Origin: Eledone cirrhosa
Taxonomy: Eukaryota
Direction of reading: 5' to 3'
Assembly: GCA_964016885.1 (NCBI GenBank)
Contig: OZ024740.1
Location: 220,162,001 to 220,226,000 of the forward strand
DNA length: 64,000 nt
The position numbers and the translations under genes were made by a program. This document shows, one piece after another, positions 1 through 14,419 of the stretch. The notes under the pieces were generated by a model. It was not told the origin of the DNA. It searched no databases and saw nothing but the letters and a program-made list of their open reading frames with translations. Positions within the stretch are counted from its first letter, which is position 1; every line of letters starts with the position of its first letter.

Positions 1-14
1 GTGTACACTTACCT

Positions 15-330
15 CACACACATTCCACACTCAATGCCAAAGTTTGCTACTATGCAACATTACACTTCCCACATAAGCATCATACCATCTGCTCTTCTCT
101 TGAAGAATTTATTTGTTGCAAGCAGTGGTTAACAGATTCCTGAGCTTTACTTACACCCATTTTTATTCAAACTACAATGCTTTCAAAAGATCCACCCCAC
201 CTCCCACTGCTAATTAGGTCAGCTAGGTAACAGAAGCTGTCATCTACTTCCAAGCAGTTGAAAGAATTTATTTTACAGGTGCTGTTACTGCTAACTACTC
301 ATGAACATTTGCTACATGCAAGGTCTTCTT
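15..330 (-). mobile_element. Old, degenerate RTE LINE ORF fragment
   Basis: Minus-strand translation 'LQEKSRWYDAYVGSVMLHSSKLWH' aligns by eye to 'LKMKGRLYDACIRTAMLHGSETWA' in the RTE ORF at 40762-41541; stops and frameshifts present. Confidence 0.55.
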
Positions 331-826
331 TCTGTCTACCCTTTGTACACCTAAAGTTTACATTGAGTACACCCAGTGCTTAGATGTGCTTAAGCAAAGG
401 AGCATATTAGCCAGGAACGCTCATCTTCCTGCCAACAAAATTTTTACAATGAATTTTTTCAAATGTTTGGGGCCTCATAACTTAACTAGCACAGTCCCTC
501 ATTTGTCCTCAATCAGGCACTGAGTTCACCATATGAAATTCCTATTTACTCTTTTTCTCCATAACAAATATAGCTGCCCCTAACTAAAACTTTGCTAAAT
601 TGACTTTGATTTTGTCAACTGTAGGTTCTGCTTCTACAACTGGAATTTCTCCTCTAAGTATTCTACAGATTCAGCTATAAGAAATAGTTCATTGTCATAA
701 AAGTGTTCCTATGAACTCCTCTGTTATAACCTGGAAACTATAATAAACAGTAGGGAGCTGAGAAGTGAGCCATGATGAACATCTACTTACATGTTACTGG
801 CATCGATCACCATTTCTTACCATAGC

Positions 827-883
<57 letters not shown>

Positions 884-995
884 TATAGCTAGATCTATGT
901 ATTTATGATGATGTAATCAAGCAAGCTATAGAAATATGTATTGTGATTTTTGCAATGTTAAAAGAATATCTGGAATCTGGCCTTCTGTTGTCTTT

Positions 996-1064
<69 letters not shown>

Positions 1065-1196
1065 ATAATAATAAATTTGAAGACTAAAATTCAAAGAGGG
1101 CTCGATAAGGATAAATATATATCAAATATATAAGAACCCGTTAAGGGTGAAAGCAGCGATTCTTTGCTTAAACTTTAATCTGTTATTTTAATAAAT

Positions 1197-1263
<67 letters not shown>

Positions 1264-1792
1264 CTATTTGTACTATATATATATATAACTTTGATAGGGT
1301 TTGGCCAGTATTGGGCCAGGCCATACCTCTATCATCTCATCATCATTTGATGTCTACTTTTCTATGCTCCCATGTAATGGACGGTTCATCACAGACCAAA
1401 TCAGTACTTAATCAAAGCTACTGTCCTCCCAGATGAGCCAAGGATCACATCTCACATACATTCTAGTTTTGGCATGGTTTCTATAGCAGGATGCCCTTCC
1501 TAACACCAAGTATTTTACAGAGGGTACATAATACATTTTACAACAATACCAGAGAGAAGTGGGGTTGTCAGGTTGTTGACTTAACTAAAGGCCCTCCCTT
1601 CCATATGTAGTTGAATGTAGAGCAATTTATACAATTTATTGTGTCACCATCACTGGATGATGGGGGTATCATTGTTCCAAAGTGTGTGGGAAATGGAAGT
1701 ATTACTGTATGAGTAAGTAGAGAGGTATAGAGATGAAAAAGATAGTAATATGGAGTGATGGTGAAGGGGGAATGTCACATCCCTGCTACATG

Positions 1793-1872
<80 letters not shown>

Positions 1873-1931
1873 TATATATATATATATACACACATATATA
1901 TATGTAACTATACATATATATACACACATAC

Positions 1932-1962
<31 letters not shown>

Positions 1963-2065
1963 CACACATATATATATATAAATATACATATATATACATA
2001 TACACACACACCCACATACATATACACACACCCATATATATATATATGTATAAAAATACACACAT

Positions 2066-3290
2066 ATCATCATCATTTTATGTCCGCTTTTCCCTGCTTG
2101 CAAGGGTGGAACGGGTCCTATTCAGCACAGCATCTCTCCACTTGTCACGGTCCTTTGTCATCTCCACCGTGAGCTTCAGCGATCTGAGGTCTGTTCTCAC
2201 CACCTCCGCCCATGTTTTTCGTGGTCTACCTCTACTACGTCTTCCTTCAACTGGCATTTCTTGGCACTTCTTCACCCATCAGTCATCCTCCATGCACATC
2301 ACATGTCCATATCATCGCAGTCTCCTCTCCCGCACACTACAACTTATCCCTTTCAGACAGTTTCTCTCTCAACACATTCATGCTTGGTCGTTCACGCACA
2401 TCGACATTGCACATCCAACGGAGCATGCTTGCTCATTTCTCTCCAGTCGTCGCATATCTTCTGCAGTTGCTGCCCATGTCTCACTACCATGCAGCATCGC
2501 GCTCCTCACACAGGCATCATATAACTGGCCTTTCGTACGTACACAGGGAGAAACCCTTCTTCGTCAGCAGAAGAAACAGCTCCCTAAATTTCTTCCAACC
2601 CGTCCTTATTCTAGATACTATGGCCTCAGAACCCCCCCCCCCTCCCATGCTAATCTGATCTCCTAGGTACTGGAAGCTATCAACCACTTCTAAATCACCC
2701 ACCTGCAATTGAAAAATGTGTCTATCAATGCGACTTCTACTGTCTAATTTCCCTGTACATCTACTGCATACGTATTTCTCCCTACCTGTTAGTTTGCCTG
2801 CTATCCCGCTACATCTCTTGTGTACCCAGGATCTGCATTGTGTACATTTTATAGAATTTATACCAGTTCCTTTTTTGCATCGAACATGGCCATTTCCCTG
2901 ACAGAATCAGAGTTTTGTCCTCTTTTCTACTCATCAACACTTTTGTCTTAGCTAGGTTCACTCTCAGTCCTCTTGATTCCAACTGCTGTTTCCATAGCCA
3001 GAATTTATTCTCCAGCTCCTCTACTGATTCTGCTGTAAGAACCAGATCGTCAGCATAGAGAAGTTCCCATGGACAGCCAGTCTTAAACTCCTCTGTTATG
3101 GCGTGGAGGATATAATGAACAAGAGCGGGCTGAGGACCAAACCCTTGTATCTGGAATTCCTCACTAAACTCCATTCCTACCCTCACTTTACTGACAGCAC
3201 CTCTGTACAAAGCTTGCACTGTCGTCACAAGCCATTCTTCAACACCCAGCTTCCTTAGGGACCACCAGATGACAGATCGGAGTACCATAT
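2066..3290 (-). mobile_element. 5'-truncated RTE-clade LINE (RT C-terminal half to 3' end), frameshifted
   Basis: ORF pieces 'WELLYADDLVL' (RT catalytic YADD), 'LRVNLAKTKV', 'FQYLGDQIS', 'GRPRKTWAEVV'; ends in ...GGGAAAAGCGGACATAAAATGATGATG tail. Confidence 0.92.
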
Positions 3291-3436
3291 CAATTGTTCA
3301 ATTGTCAGATTAGCAAATGGAGAAGTGCTATGACTGGTTGTCTCTTGCAAACCCAGACGTTTGCTGAAATAATCCTGACGTGTTCAGTTAATCAAAGTGC
3401 TGATTGAAGGAAAGCATGGTCTAGGTATGTAATATG

Positions 3437-3504
<68 letters not shown>

Positions 3505-3507
<3 letters not shown>

Positions 3508-3800
3508 CTATCTATCTAAGGCGGGTAAAATTCCCGAGATCCATGGACGAGTTCTCTCCAGCGGTCTCTGTCCCTCATTATCGCTGCCATGTCCTGCATC
3601 TCCAACAGACCAGTGTCTGTCCTTAGGGCATCAACATACGTTAGCCTTGGTCTTCCTCTTCCAGTGTGTCTATGTAGGGGCTCCCACAGGAACACTGAGT
3701 GCAATGTCAACTCTGGATGTCAGTGAGCATGTCCAGCTAACCTCAGTCTCCTCTGTGTCACTTTTGAGCTGACTTTTGGGATGCTCCCATACAGCTCTGA
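3505..3800 (-). mobile_element. 3' fragment of a different RTE/RTEX-like LINE with (TAGA)n tail
   Basis: ORF 3516-3710 'FLWEPLHRHTGRGRPRLTYVDALRTDTG...DRDRWR' is a typical RTE-group C-terminus; stop is followed by (TAGA)n. Confidence 0.75.
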
Positions 3801-3810
3801 GTTTATATAT

Positions 3811-3880
3811 GCCTCGATGGCAGAGCTCAAGCCGTTTCGATGGCTAGCCGTCGAAACGGCTTGAGCTCTGCTGTCGGGGT
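3811..3880. repeat. ~70-bp palindrome; shorter copy of the fold-back element at 61006-61183
   Basis: GCAGAGCTCAAGCCGTTTCGATGGC-TA-GCCGTCGAAACGGCTTGAGCTCTGC is self-complementary and near-identical to 61020-61092. Confidence 0.85.
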
Positions 3881-3902
3881 CATACATTTTCCTATATGTA
3901 TA

Positions 3903-4441
3903 TCATCATCATCAACGTTTAACGTCCGTGTTCCACGCTTGCATGGGTTTGGACGGGGGTATTCCCACTTGAGGCAAGAGTGATTGTCTTGCTCGCATAG
4001 GACTGTCTGGCAGGTTTTCTACAGTTGGATGCCCTTCCTAACACCAACCACATTTACAGTGTGGGACTGGGAGGCTTTTACCGTGTTGCCTACACGGCCA
4101 CATTACAGCGTGGACTGTGTGTTTTTTTGTCGTGACACCTACACGATCTCATTTGTTTCAGCCTGGATGTTGTGGCACCAACATAACTTTACATAGGAGG
4201 GGGTGGTGTGGATGGGGGTGGTGGGACGGGGTTGTTAGAGATGCCTACTGGCTGTAGTAGGTTTTACTATGTATTTAGGTAAGGCGGGTCTTCTCTATTA
4301 CTGAGTACCGCCAAAGGTCTCGGTCCAGTGACTTTGTCTTGGAGAGGTGTAAGTGTGTGAGGTCGGAGTTTATCAGCTCGTCCCAGGATTTTCTAGGTCT
4401 GCCTACTCCGTAGCTACCGTCTATCTTTATTGCCCTGCACG
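3903..4441 (-). mobile_element. RTE LINE 3' fragment (ORF end plus long 3' UTR)
   Basis: Reverse complement is near-identical to 41377-41935. Confidence 0.9.
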
Positions 4442-4469
4442 TATATGTATATGTATATATATATATATA

Positions 4470-4520
<51 letters not shown>

Positions 4521-4552
4521 ATATATATATGTGTATATGTATATATATGTGA

Positions 4553-4590
<38 letters not shown>

Positions 4591-4607
4591 TAAAAAATTG
4601 TATGTAT

Positions 4608-4992
4608 AAGCCATTACAGTTCTCACTCGCCCCACCTCCACCACATTCGGTATACATGCCCGACGCTGTATGCTAACCACTCCCTCATAAATATATCATA
4701 GAACAGACAAGGGGCGGACAGACGCTCCATAAGCTGTAATGTAAGCAACCCGTCTAGGAGAGCTACCACTCCGAATAAATTGGTGCGGTAGAGAAATCTC
4801 CTAAGTCCAGTAAGACAACTTCCCTAGTGCTGGTGGCACGAATAAAAGCACCCAGTCCATGCTGTAAAAATGGAGGGGGGGTTAGGGCCCCTGAGTCCAG
4901 TAAGACGACCTCTCTAGTGCTGGTGGCACGAATAAAAGCACCCAGTCCATGATGTAAAGTGGTGCTGGTGTTAGGAAGGGCATCTAACCAGT
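4608..4992 (+). mobile_element. RTE-related non-autonomous fragment (5'-UTR-like motif plus duplicated tail module)
   Basis: GCAACCCGTCTAGGAGAG...ACTCCGAA resembles the TCTAGGAGAAGGAAAACTCTGA motif at ~5817; ~90-bp tandem duplication at 4800-4960, then GGTGTTAGGAAGGGCATC. Confidence 0.5.
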
Positions 4993-5580
4993 ATATATAC
5001 TACTGCCAAAAACTATGAGCACAACAATTGAGAATTGCAACATATATATATATATATACACACACACATATACACATACACATCCATATACACACACACA
5101 TGCTGCTCCATGATCAGTAACAGATTTCACTAGCAACAATTAATTATATGCATTTTGACTTATCCCATATGGTTTGTGTTGACCTCTATGAAGTTTATTA
5201 TATATGCAAACATACAGCCATATTTTTGCTTCTTTTAACTCTTAAGTCCAGCCACAATGTATGTTAACCCGGCATAGAAACACATATCTTTATATGTCGA
5301 GGTTTAAAAGTAATACATATCTATTTGTGTTACATATCAAAACTTCTTCAGGTTTACATATTGCCACAATATATCTTTCAAGTATCTGTTGATAATTCTC
5401 AGTCTAATCTCTTTCACTTACATTGCTTTTCATGACTCATTAAAACACCCAAGACACTTCCTATGAGATGCAACCTCACAGAAGGCCAGATAAACCTGCA
5501 GAAGTGTGAGCTGTAAATTTTATATATAAATATGTATGTATGTATTTAAATATGTATGTATGTATGTATGTATGTAGTAT

Positions 5581-6186
5581 GTCAGGTCACCAGTTGGTGC
5601 TACTAGTAACATGTATCCCAGTACAACCTGTCTCATGGTCGGGTTGTTGGCGACTAAACTGGCAACCCCACCAAGGTTTCTTGGTGAGGAGGGTGACTTT
5701 GGACATCCTGCAGGACTAAAAACAAAACCTGTCAAAGGGCAAAGGAGCTCTTAAGAGTCAATGGCCATCCAAAATCACCGGGAGAGATGACCCCTTAGCC
5801 TTTGTCAAGACAGAATTCTAGGAGAAGGAAAACTCTGATATAACACCTGCAACCCTGATGGTATCCAATGATGTTGACTTGTTCTTCTTTTTGGTAAATA
5901 TCATCTTGGTTAAGAGAGTGGGACTGGCTTTGTGCAGTGCCTTTGCTCACTATAAAAGCTTCACGGCACAGGCATTGCTTTATATCTGGAGATCTCTCTG
6001 CACTTGTCACATGGTACCAAGGGGCCAGCACTATGTGTCAGTAATTGTCACAAGTGTAGTGTTTGTACCAGAGTTTTCAAGTCGCTGGCTGGACTAAAAA
6101 GTCACTTGTTCAGCGCATCGGTAGGGGTTCTCCTACATGGATATAAAGTAGTGGCCGTACTCGAAAACGAGCTGGCAGCCACCATG
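5581..6186 (+). mobile_element. Bipartite non-autonomous RTE derivative (5' UTR plus zinc-finger 3' end)
   Basis: Near-identical copy at 63139-63717; contains TCTAGGAGAAGGAAAACTCTGA and residual 'CSVCTRVFKSLAGLKSH'; 3' end GGCCGTACTCGAAAACGAGCTGGCAGCCACCATG matches the LINE terminus at 9617-9660; flanked by (TATG)n. Confidence 0.85.
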
Positions 6187-6238
6187 TAGTATGTATGTAT
6201 GTATGTATGTATGTATGTACGTATGTTTATATATATAT

Positions 6239-6490
6239 GAAGGCACGTGGCCTAGTGGTAAGGGTGTTCGACTTACAATCATAATGTCGTGGGTTCGATT
6301 CTTGAGCAAAACACTTATTTCATATTGCTCCAGTATACTCAGCTGAAAATGAGTACCAGCAATAGCTGGGGGTTTAACTCTGTGATGGACTGGCGTCCTG
6401 TCCAGGGAGAAGTCTTGTACTCTCATGCTTCACACCATGAAACCGGGATAAGCACCAGCCAAATGAACCTTCTCATTTAAGACAGACTTT
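6239..6490 (+). mobile_element. tRNA-derived CORE-type SINE
   Basis: A-box TGGCCTAGTGG, B-box GGTTCGATTC, then CTTGAGCAAAACACTT core; similar copy at ~26150-26425. Confidence 0.8.
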
Positions 6491-6529
6491 AGATTTTTAG
6501 ATATATATATATATATCTGAACACATACA

Positions 6530-6715
6530 TGCTCTTTTTTTTTTCCATAAAAGATTTTTTTTTCTTCCGATTCTTCCTCTTTTTACTCTCCTTTATCATT
6601 CTATTTCTTCTTTTACTTCACATTCTATCTTCTGATGAAGGACTAGCATCCAAAACATATATCTTCACTGTACTCTATTGTTTGCTTTGTTGTTTTCCAT
6701 TTACTTTTTGCATGC
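6530..6715 (+). mobile_element. Penelope-like short element with degenerate minimal hammerhead motif
   Basis: CTGATGA(6632)-AGGACTAGCATCC-AAAAC; related copies at 30225-30425 and 11770-11845. Confidence 0.55.
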
Positions 6716-7020
6716 ATATATATATATCATCATCATTATTTAACAGCCACCATGCCTGAAGTTAGACGAGTCTACATAGACCAAGTCAGTACTGAAGCAG
6801 GACCACTGACATCCCAGACAGGCCAATGAAGTCTATATCCCACTTATGTACAGTCATTATCGAGTGCAGAGGAGAAGTTGTCTTTTGACACAAACTGAAG
6901 GATTTTCCTAACCCCTTGTTTGACAAGTTTCCACAGCTAGATGCCCTTCCTAACACCAACCACTTTATAGCGTGTGGGTATATATATATATATATATATA
7001 TTTCTGTTAGTGTATACATA

Positions 7021-7600
7021 TCATCATCATCATTATCATCATCAACAACGTTTAACGTCTATCTTCCACACTAGCATGGGTTTAGACAGGAATTGTCCTA
7101 CTTGAGGCAAGATTGGTCGTCTCGCTCGTATGGGACTGTCTGGGAGGTTTTCTACGGCTGGATGCTCTTCCTAACACCAACCGCGTTTACAGTGTGGACT
7201 GGGAGGTTTTTACCGTGTTACCTACACAGCCACATTACAGTGTGGACTGTGTTTTTTTTTTGTCATGACACCTACACAACCTCATTTATTTTGGACTGGA
7301 TGTTGTGGTACCAACATAACTTTACAGAGAAAGGGTGGTGTTGGTGGGAGTGGGGTGGGGTGGAGTAGGTGTAGTGGGATGGGGTATATATTTGGTTAAA
7401 AGGTGCCTACTGACTGTAGGTTTCGCTTTGTACATAGGCAAGGCGGGTCTTCTGTATTACTGCATAGCACCAAAGCTCTCGGTCCAGTGGCATTGTCTTA
7501 GAGAGGTGTAAGTGTGTGAGGTCGGAATTTATCAAATCATCTCAGGTTTTTCTGGGTCTACCTACTCCGTAACTTCCATCAATTTTGATCGCCCTGCACT
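7021..7600 (-). mobile_element. RTE LINE 3' fragment
   Basis: Diverged copy of 41377-41935 with (GAT)n tail. Confidence 0.85.
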
Positions 7601-7874
7601 TTTTTATACAACTGTCATATATATATATATTGCTGCTGAAATACAGCCCCAGTTTTCTGGCAGTGTAGGTATATATGTGTGTATATGTTTCGTAATGTCT
7701 CTATCAAGGTGTACAAATATATGAAATGGGGTCAACTACATTTCTGATATGCAAATAAAACGAATTCACACCAACATATTTCACCTATTTCTATAAAATT
7801 GAATGTGAATCAGTAATAAGCAGAAGTATGATTGAAATAGTCCAAAATAGCAACTTCAAAGAGATTTAAATCTA

Positions 7875-8219
7875 CAGTGGAACCTCAGTTCACGAACACC
7901 TCTCATCATGAACAAATCAGTTCACGAACAATTTTTCTGAACATAAAACGTCTCGGTTGATGAATGATTACTCATGTAACGAACATGCAAGCCGGCAACA
8001 ATGGTTGGTGACAAGCTGGGAATATCGGCGGAAAACGTCACTTGCTTTGTAGTTAGTTACCATGGTAATATTTATCTGTCTTTCACACAGTCTCTCTCTC
8101 TCTCTCACTGTATTTCTCTCTCAACATTTCATATGGGAAAAATAGTTTCAGTTTACGAACATTTCAGTTGATGTTCAGCCTTCAGAAACGAATTAAGTTT
8201 GTGAAACAAGATTTCACTG
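7875..8219. mobile_element. pogo/Tigger-like MITE
   Basis: TA|CAGTGGAACCTCAGTTCACGAAC ... GTTTGTGAAACAAGATTTCACTG|TA imperfect TIRs with TA target duplication. Confidence 0.8.
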
Positions 8220-8662
8220 TATAGCAATTTTCCAACAAAACACTTTGTTTTTATTGACTCTCAGATACTCCAACCTCCATTCACAGAGCATGCAGTGTAG
8301 TGAATTGCGCATAATTAAAATGTTAAATTTCTTTCATGACGGGTCAATGATTTGAACTTGCAGTGACATATTTGATTTTGTGGTTATTTATTTTAATACC
8401 CAAGTACAATACTTATATTTGCCAAACCCAGAAGGTTATGTGGAAACAAATGCACAAATTTGCAAGCAAGTGGTGCTGAGGCCACTAAAAATGCTTCCAG
8501 TACACAGTGTAAAGTGGCTGGCATTAGGAAGGGTATCCAACCATAGAAACCAAACCGAAAAGGGACCATGTGAGCAAGGCCTGGTCACCTGACCTGTCAA
8601 GCTTCACAATGTGAAAATGGAAAATAAAAGTTAAACAGGTGATGATAATGATTGTGTATGTG

Positions 8663-8700
<38 letters not shown>

Positions 8701-8744
8701 CGTATATCTATATATATGTATACACACATATATATGTATCTCTA

Positions 8745-8788
<44 letters not shown>

Positions 8789-9000
8789 ATTTTTTTTAAT
8801 TTCCCAAAATATAGCTGACCATGTGTGTGTATATATATATCATTATCATCATATAACTTCCGTTCTCCCTATTTACGTACATTATGTGTGTGAGTATATG
8901 TATATATGTATTCATATATATATATACATATATATACATATAAATATATATATAAAGTATATATATATACATATATATACATATAAATATATATATAAAG

Positions 9001-9046
<46 letters not shown>

Positions 9047-9055
9047 ATATATAAA

Positions 9056-9090
<35 letters not shown>

Positions 9091-9150
9091 ATACATATAT
9101 ATACATATAAATATATATATAAAGTATATATATATACATATATATATAAA

Positions 9151-9192
<42 letters not shown>

Positions 9193-9492
9193 CTTTATCA
9201 GAGACAACAATATATCAATTGTTCTGCAAAAGTACCTGATGCCTCTGTGGTTTCCAAATCATTTTAGATAATAATAAATCACTAAGATCAATAGGAACTT
9301 CCTATACTAGATATGTTATCTTACAGCAATGGATTGGTAGGTTCAAAAGAGAAGTATAATTGGATTTACTATCATAACCACCATGAGGGGTTTCAGCAAA
9401 TCAATGTGATGAGAGAGATAAGAATTGGAAGAGCAAAGCTATGTAATCAGAGCAAATAATGAGTAAAAGTAATTGCTCATTTAAAGGCAGAC

Positions 9493-9542
<50 letters not shown>

Positions 9543-9543
9543 C

Positions 9544-9576
<33 letters not shown>

Positions 9577-9616
9577 CATATATATACATATATATATATA
9601 CATATATATATATATA

Positions 9617-10791
<1,175 letters not shown>

Positions 10792-10900
10792 TATATACAT
10801 ACATACATATATATATACATATATATATACATACATATATACATACATATATACATACATATATACATACATATATACATACATACATACATACATATAT

Positions 10901-10961
<61 letters not shown>

Positions 10962-11193
10962 TACATACATACATACATATATGCACGCATATATATATAT
11001 TTATATACATATACATATATTTATATACATACATAGATATACATATATACATATTTATATACATACATAGATATACATATTTATAGACAGTCCTATGCGA
11101 GCAAGACAACCACTCTTGCCTCAAGTGGGAAAACTCTCGTCCAAATCCATGCAAGCATGGAATATGGACGTTAAACGATGATGATGATGATGA

Positions 11194-11227
<34 letters not shown>

Positions 11228-11327
11228 TCTAAACCCATGCTAGCATGGAAGATGATGATGATATATATAGATATACATATATATACATACACATATATAT
11301 ACATATAAAGGCTGATGATAATGGAGA

Positions 11328-11385
<58 letters not shown>

Positions 11386-11682
11386 TCTTCATTATCATCA
11401 GCATTTTATTATATATATTGTGGGGAAGGAAGGGGGGAGCCCTGTCTCGTGAGATGATGGAAATGCACCTGGTTCCTCTCTAAAGTGCATTCTTGGACAA
11501 AGCACTTATTTTATTTTATGAAATGCAAGCAGTTGTACTTGCATGAATATCTCCTTCCACCATGCCCCTAATGTCTCCCAGAGAAATCGCCCATACAGCT
11601 TGATACAAGCATCCTCACAGAGAAGAATCACACACATACATATATATATACCAACATACTTACATATACATATATATATATA

Positions 11683-11769
11683 CAGGGTGCCCCTAAAAAA
11701 TATATACGCATATTTATTAGAATGGTATTGCGGTATTGCACTGTGTATACATTTTCAGGGGACAACCTG
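11683..11769. mobile_element. Tc1/mariner-type mini-MITE
   Basis: TA|CAGGGTGCCCCTAAAAAAT ... TTTTCAGGGGACAACCTG|TA; relative at 47831-47931. Confidence 0.75.
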
Positions 11770-11860
11770 TATATCAAGCATTAAACTAATGTGTTTCTTC
11801 GTTGTACTGTATTGTTTGCTTTTTGTTTCTATTTACTTTTTGCATATATATATATATATA

Positions 11861-11975
11861 TCCAGATGTGGTTGACGGCTGAAAGAAAGGAGTACTCAAT
11901 ACCGAAGTAGAGTTTAAATATTCATTTTATTAAGGCTAAATAGTGAGTCTCTATTTTTTAGCCTTAATAAAATGA

Positions 11976-11979
<4 letters not shown>
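11861..11979 (-). mobile_element. Penelope-like fold-back end with conserved tail
   Basis: Inverted repeat ATATTCATTTTATTAAGGCTAAA / TTTAGCCTTAATAAAATGAATAT (11918-11979); minus-strand tail ACTCTACTTCGGTATTGAGTAC. Confidence 0.6.
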
Positions 11980-12015
<36 letters not shown>

Positions 12016-12536
12016 TTCAATCCAAAGACTCAGAACACCCACCGTACAATAAAGGACTCACTATATTTGAATGTAGAGTATATATATATATTCAGTGTGA
12101 ATGTAAACCCACATATAATATAAGTTTATAGTTAAAAGCGATATAGTATTATTATACATTCTTATATTGAACCTTTGTAAATTTATAAATCAATATATAT
12201 ATATATAAGGGACATATATATATTCCACCACTGATCATATATATATATATATACACACACAAGTGAGGGGCGCGAGTGTGCGGTGCTTGTGTGGGGAGTG
12301 TGTGAGAGATATGCGTGTTTTTGTGGGGGTTTATGTGTGTATGTGCGAGTGTGTCTATGTGTGTGCGTGCGTTTCAACTGTCATTCCTAAATTGTCATTA
12401 TGAATTATCATAGGTTATTGGGAATTGAACCTGGTACTTTTATTATTAAAACCCAGAATAAAGGAAGAACTGCTGGCTAGAAATAGACATACATACACAC
12501 ATACAGACAGACAGTCAGTCAGACGGATATATATAT

Positions 12537-12567
<31 letters not shown>

Positions 12568-12568
12568 T

Positions 12569-12874
12569 GGTTCTTTATTAGCCACAGGGACACAAAAGAA
12601 GGGGATAATTACAAGGGGGGGGGGAGTTTACATACAATAAAAACGTTAAATGTTATCACAATTGTAAATTAAAAGTTAATCGATTTTCCCCAATAGGAGG
12701 AGACAGTTCATATGGGTAGCACATACCCCCGAAAAAAATGTGCAACCCTCATCTCCAGGAGTACGAAGAGTTTGTACCCCTTTCCTCCCTTCCTCTTTTT
12801 CCTCAACCTACAGGTTGATATAGAGAGAAGGTCCATTCACTCGGGCCATTCTCGCCACTTTCACCCACCTTTCA
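12569..12874 (-). mobile_element. Tx1/L1-like LINE 3' fragment in (GATA)n
   Basis: Minus-strand ORF end 'RWVKVARMARVNGPSLYINL*' and terminus TGTGGCTAATAAAGAA abutting (ATCT)n; second terminus at 12899-12947. Confidence 0.5.
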
Positions 12875-12990
12875 TAAAACTTTAGATAGATAGATAGATT
12901 TCTTTATTAGCCACAAGGGCGCAACAAGAAAGGGGACAATACAAAGACATAGATAGATAAATAGATAGATAGATAGGTAGACAAACAAAC

Positions 12991-13028
<38 letters not shown>

Positions 13029-13989
13029 AAATAGATATATAGATAAATTGACAGACAGACGGATCGATAGATGTAATCAAATGCTTGTAATGTCACCACT
13101 ATCTTAGAAAAAGAAAAAATAACCACTGTGCCTAAATGCCTATATGGCATAGTAACAATGCAAGACTGCCACAGTTTTTCAGCATTCCTTTATACATCTC
13201 ACTATTTAGTAGTCTTCGGCGGAGGTCGGCGATCGAATTGGTTTGATGACTTGTCAAACAAATATACAATAAAAATCGATAAAATGACAGAAGAACGGTG
13301 GCAAAGCGAAAAATATAAACTGACGCGGAAGAAATTGAGAAATTGCTTGATATACTTGATCGATCTAAAAGGATATTTGAAGACATATCTCAGTTGTTTT
13401 CATTGAACCATCTTTCCTTTTCTTCCATTTCCTTTATTTTAATTTTATTTCATACTTATTTTAGAATGAAAATAGAAGGTTGGGGACTAATAGGTAAAAA
13501 TAATCAAAAATACCTAAATATGTTATCAGTTAACATACATTATCAGTTCTTACACATACACACAAACATATACGCATATATAAATATGTATACACACATA
13601 CATATATACACACACACATATATAGACACACACATATATATATATAGACACAAACACACATATACATATATATATATATATATGTGTGTGTTTGTGTAAA
13701 CAATTTTTTTCTTTAGTTTCAATGTATTTTAAACTAGGATATAAAAGATAACGGGTGAAATACAGGTGCTCGGATTTAGGTGTGAATACACCGTCTATAA
13801 TCGAAGTTGAAGTAGCTGTAACATGGCTAAAAAGCCGGCATACGGTTGATCCCCTTCCCTTCTACTACTCAATACACGAACTACTATTGAACTGAATATT
13901 GTCTGTGCCTGCAACTATTGGCCTGATAAATTCATCCCAATAAAATCTAAATATAATAGGGTTTTTTTCAAATAAACCGCTCTTAATTG

Positions 13990-14034
<45 letters not shown>

Positions 14035-14133
14035 CACACACATATATATATAGTTTAGGGATTGTAACGTCTATTATATATATATACACACATATATATA
14101 TATATATATATATAGTTTAGGGATTGTAACGTC

Positions 14134-14182
<49 letters not shown>

Positions 14183-14419
14183 CATACATATGCACACATA
14201 TGCGTATATATTCATTCATTCATTCGTTTTATACCGGCTTTTTCTTTTATGCTTTTTACCGGTGTGAAATTTTCAAATATATGAAGGTGTGTCAATCAGT
14301 CAGGTGAGAGAATTAAATTGTTTTTAATTAATAAACATCACGAAACAAACTCTTTCATACGAATATATATATATGAGCTATCAGGAAAAAAATAAACATT
14401 CGAATTGATATTAACTTAC

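Noticed and set aside
8-130. Strong minus-strand donor GAG|GTAAGT suggesting an exon
   Set aside because: The upstream sequence translates as a decayed RTE ORF.
13915-13965. Possible hammerhead (CTGATAA...TAAA)
   Set aside because: Both core motifs are mutated and stem I does not pair.
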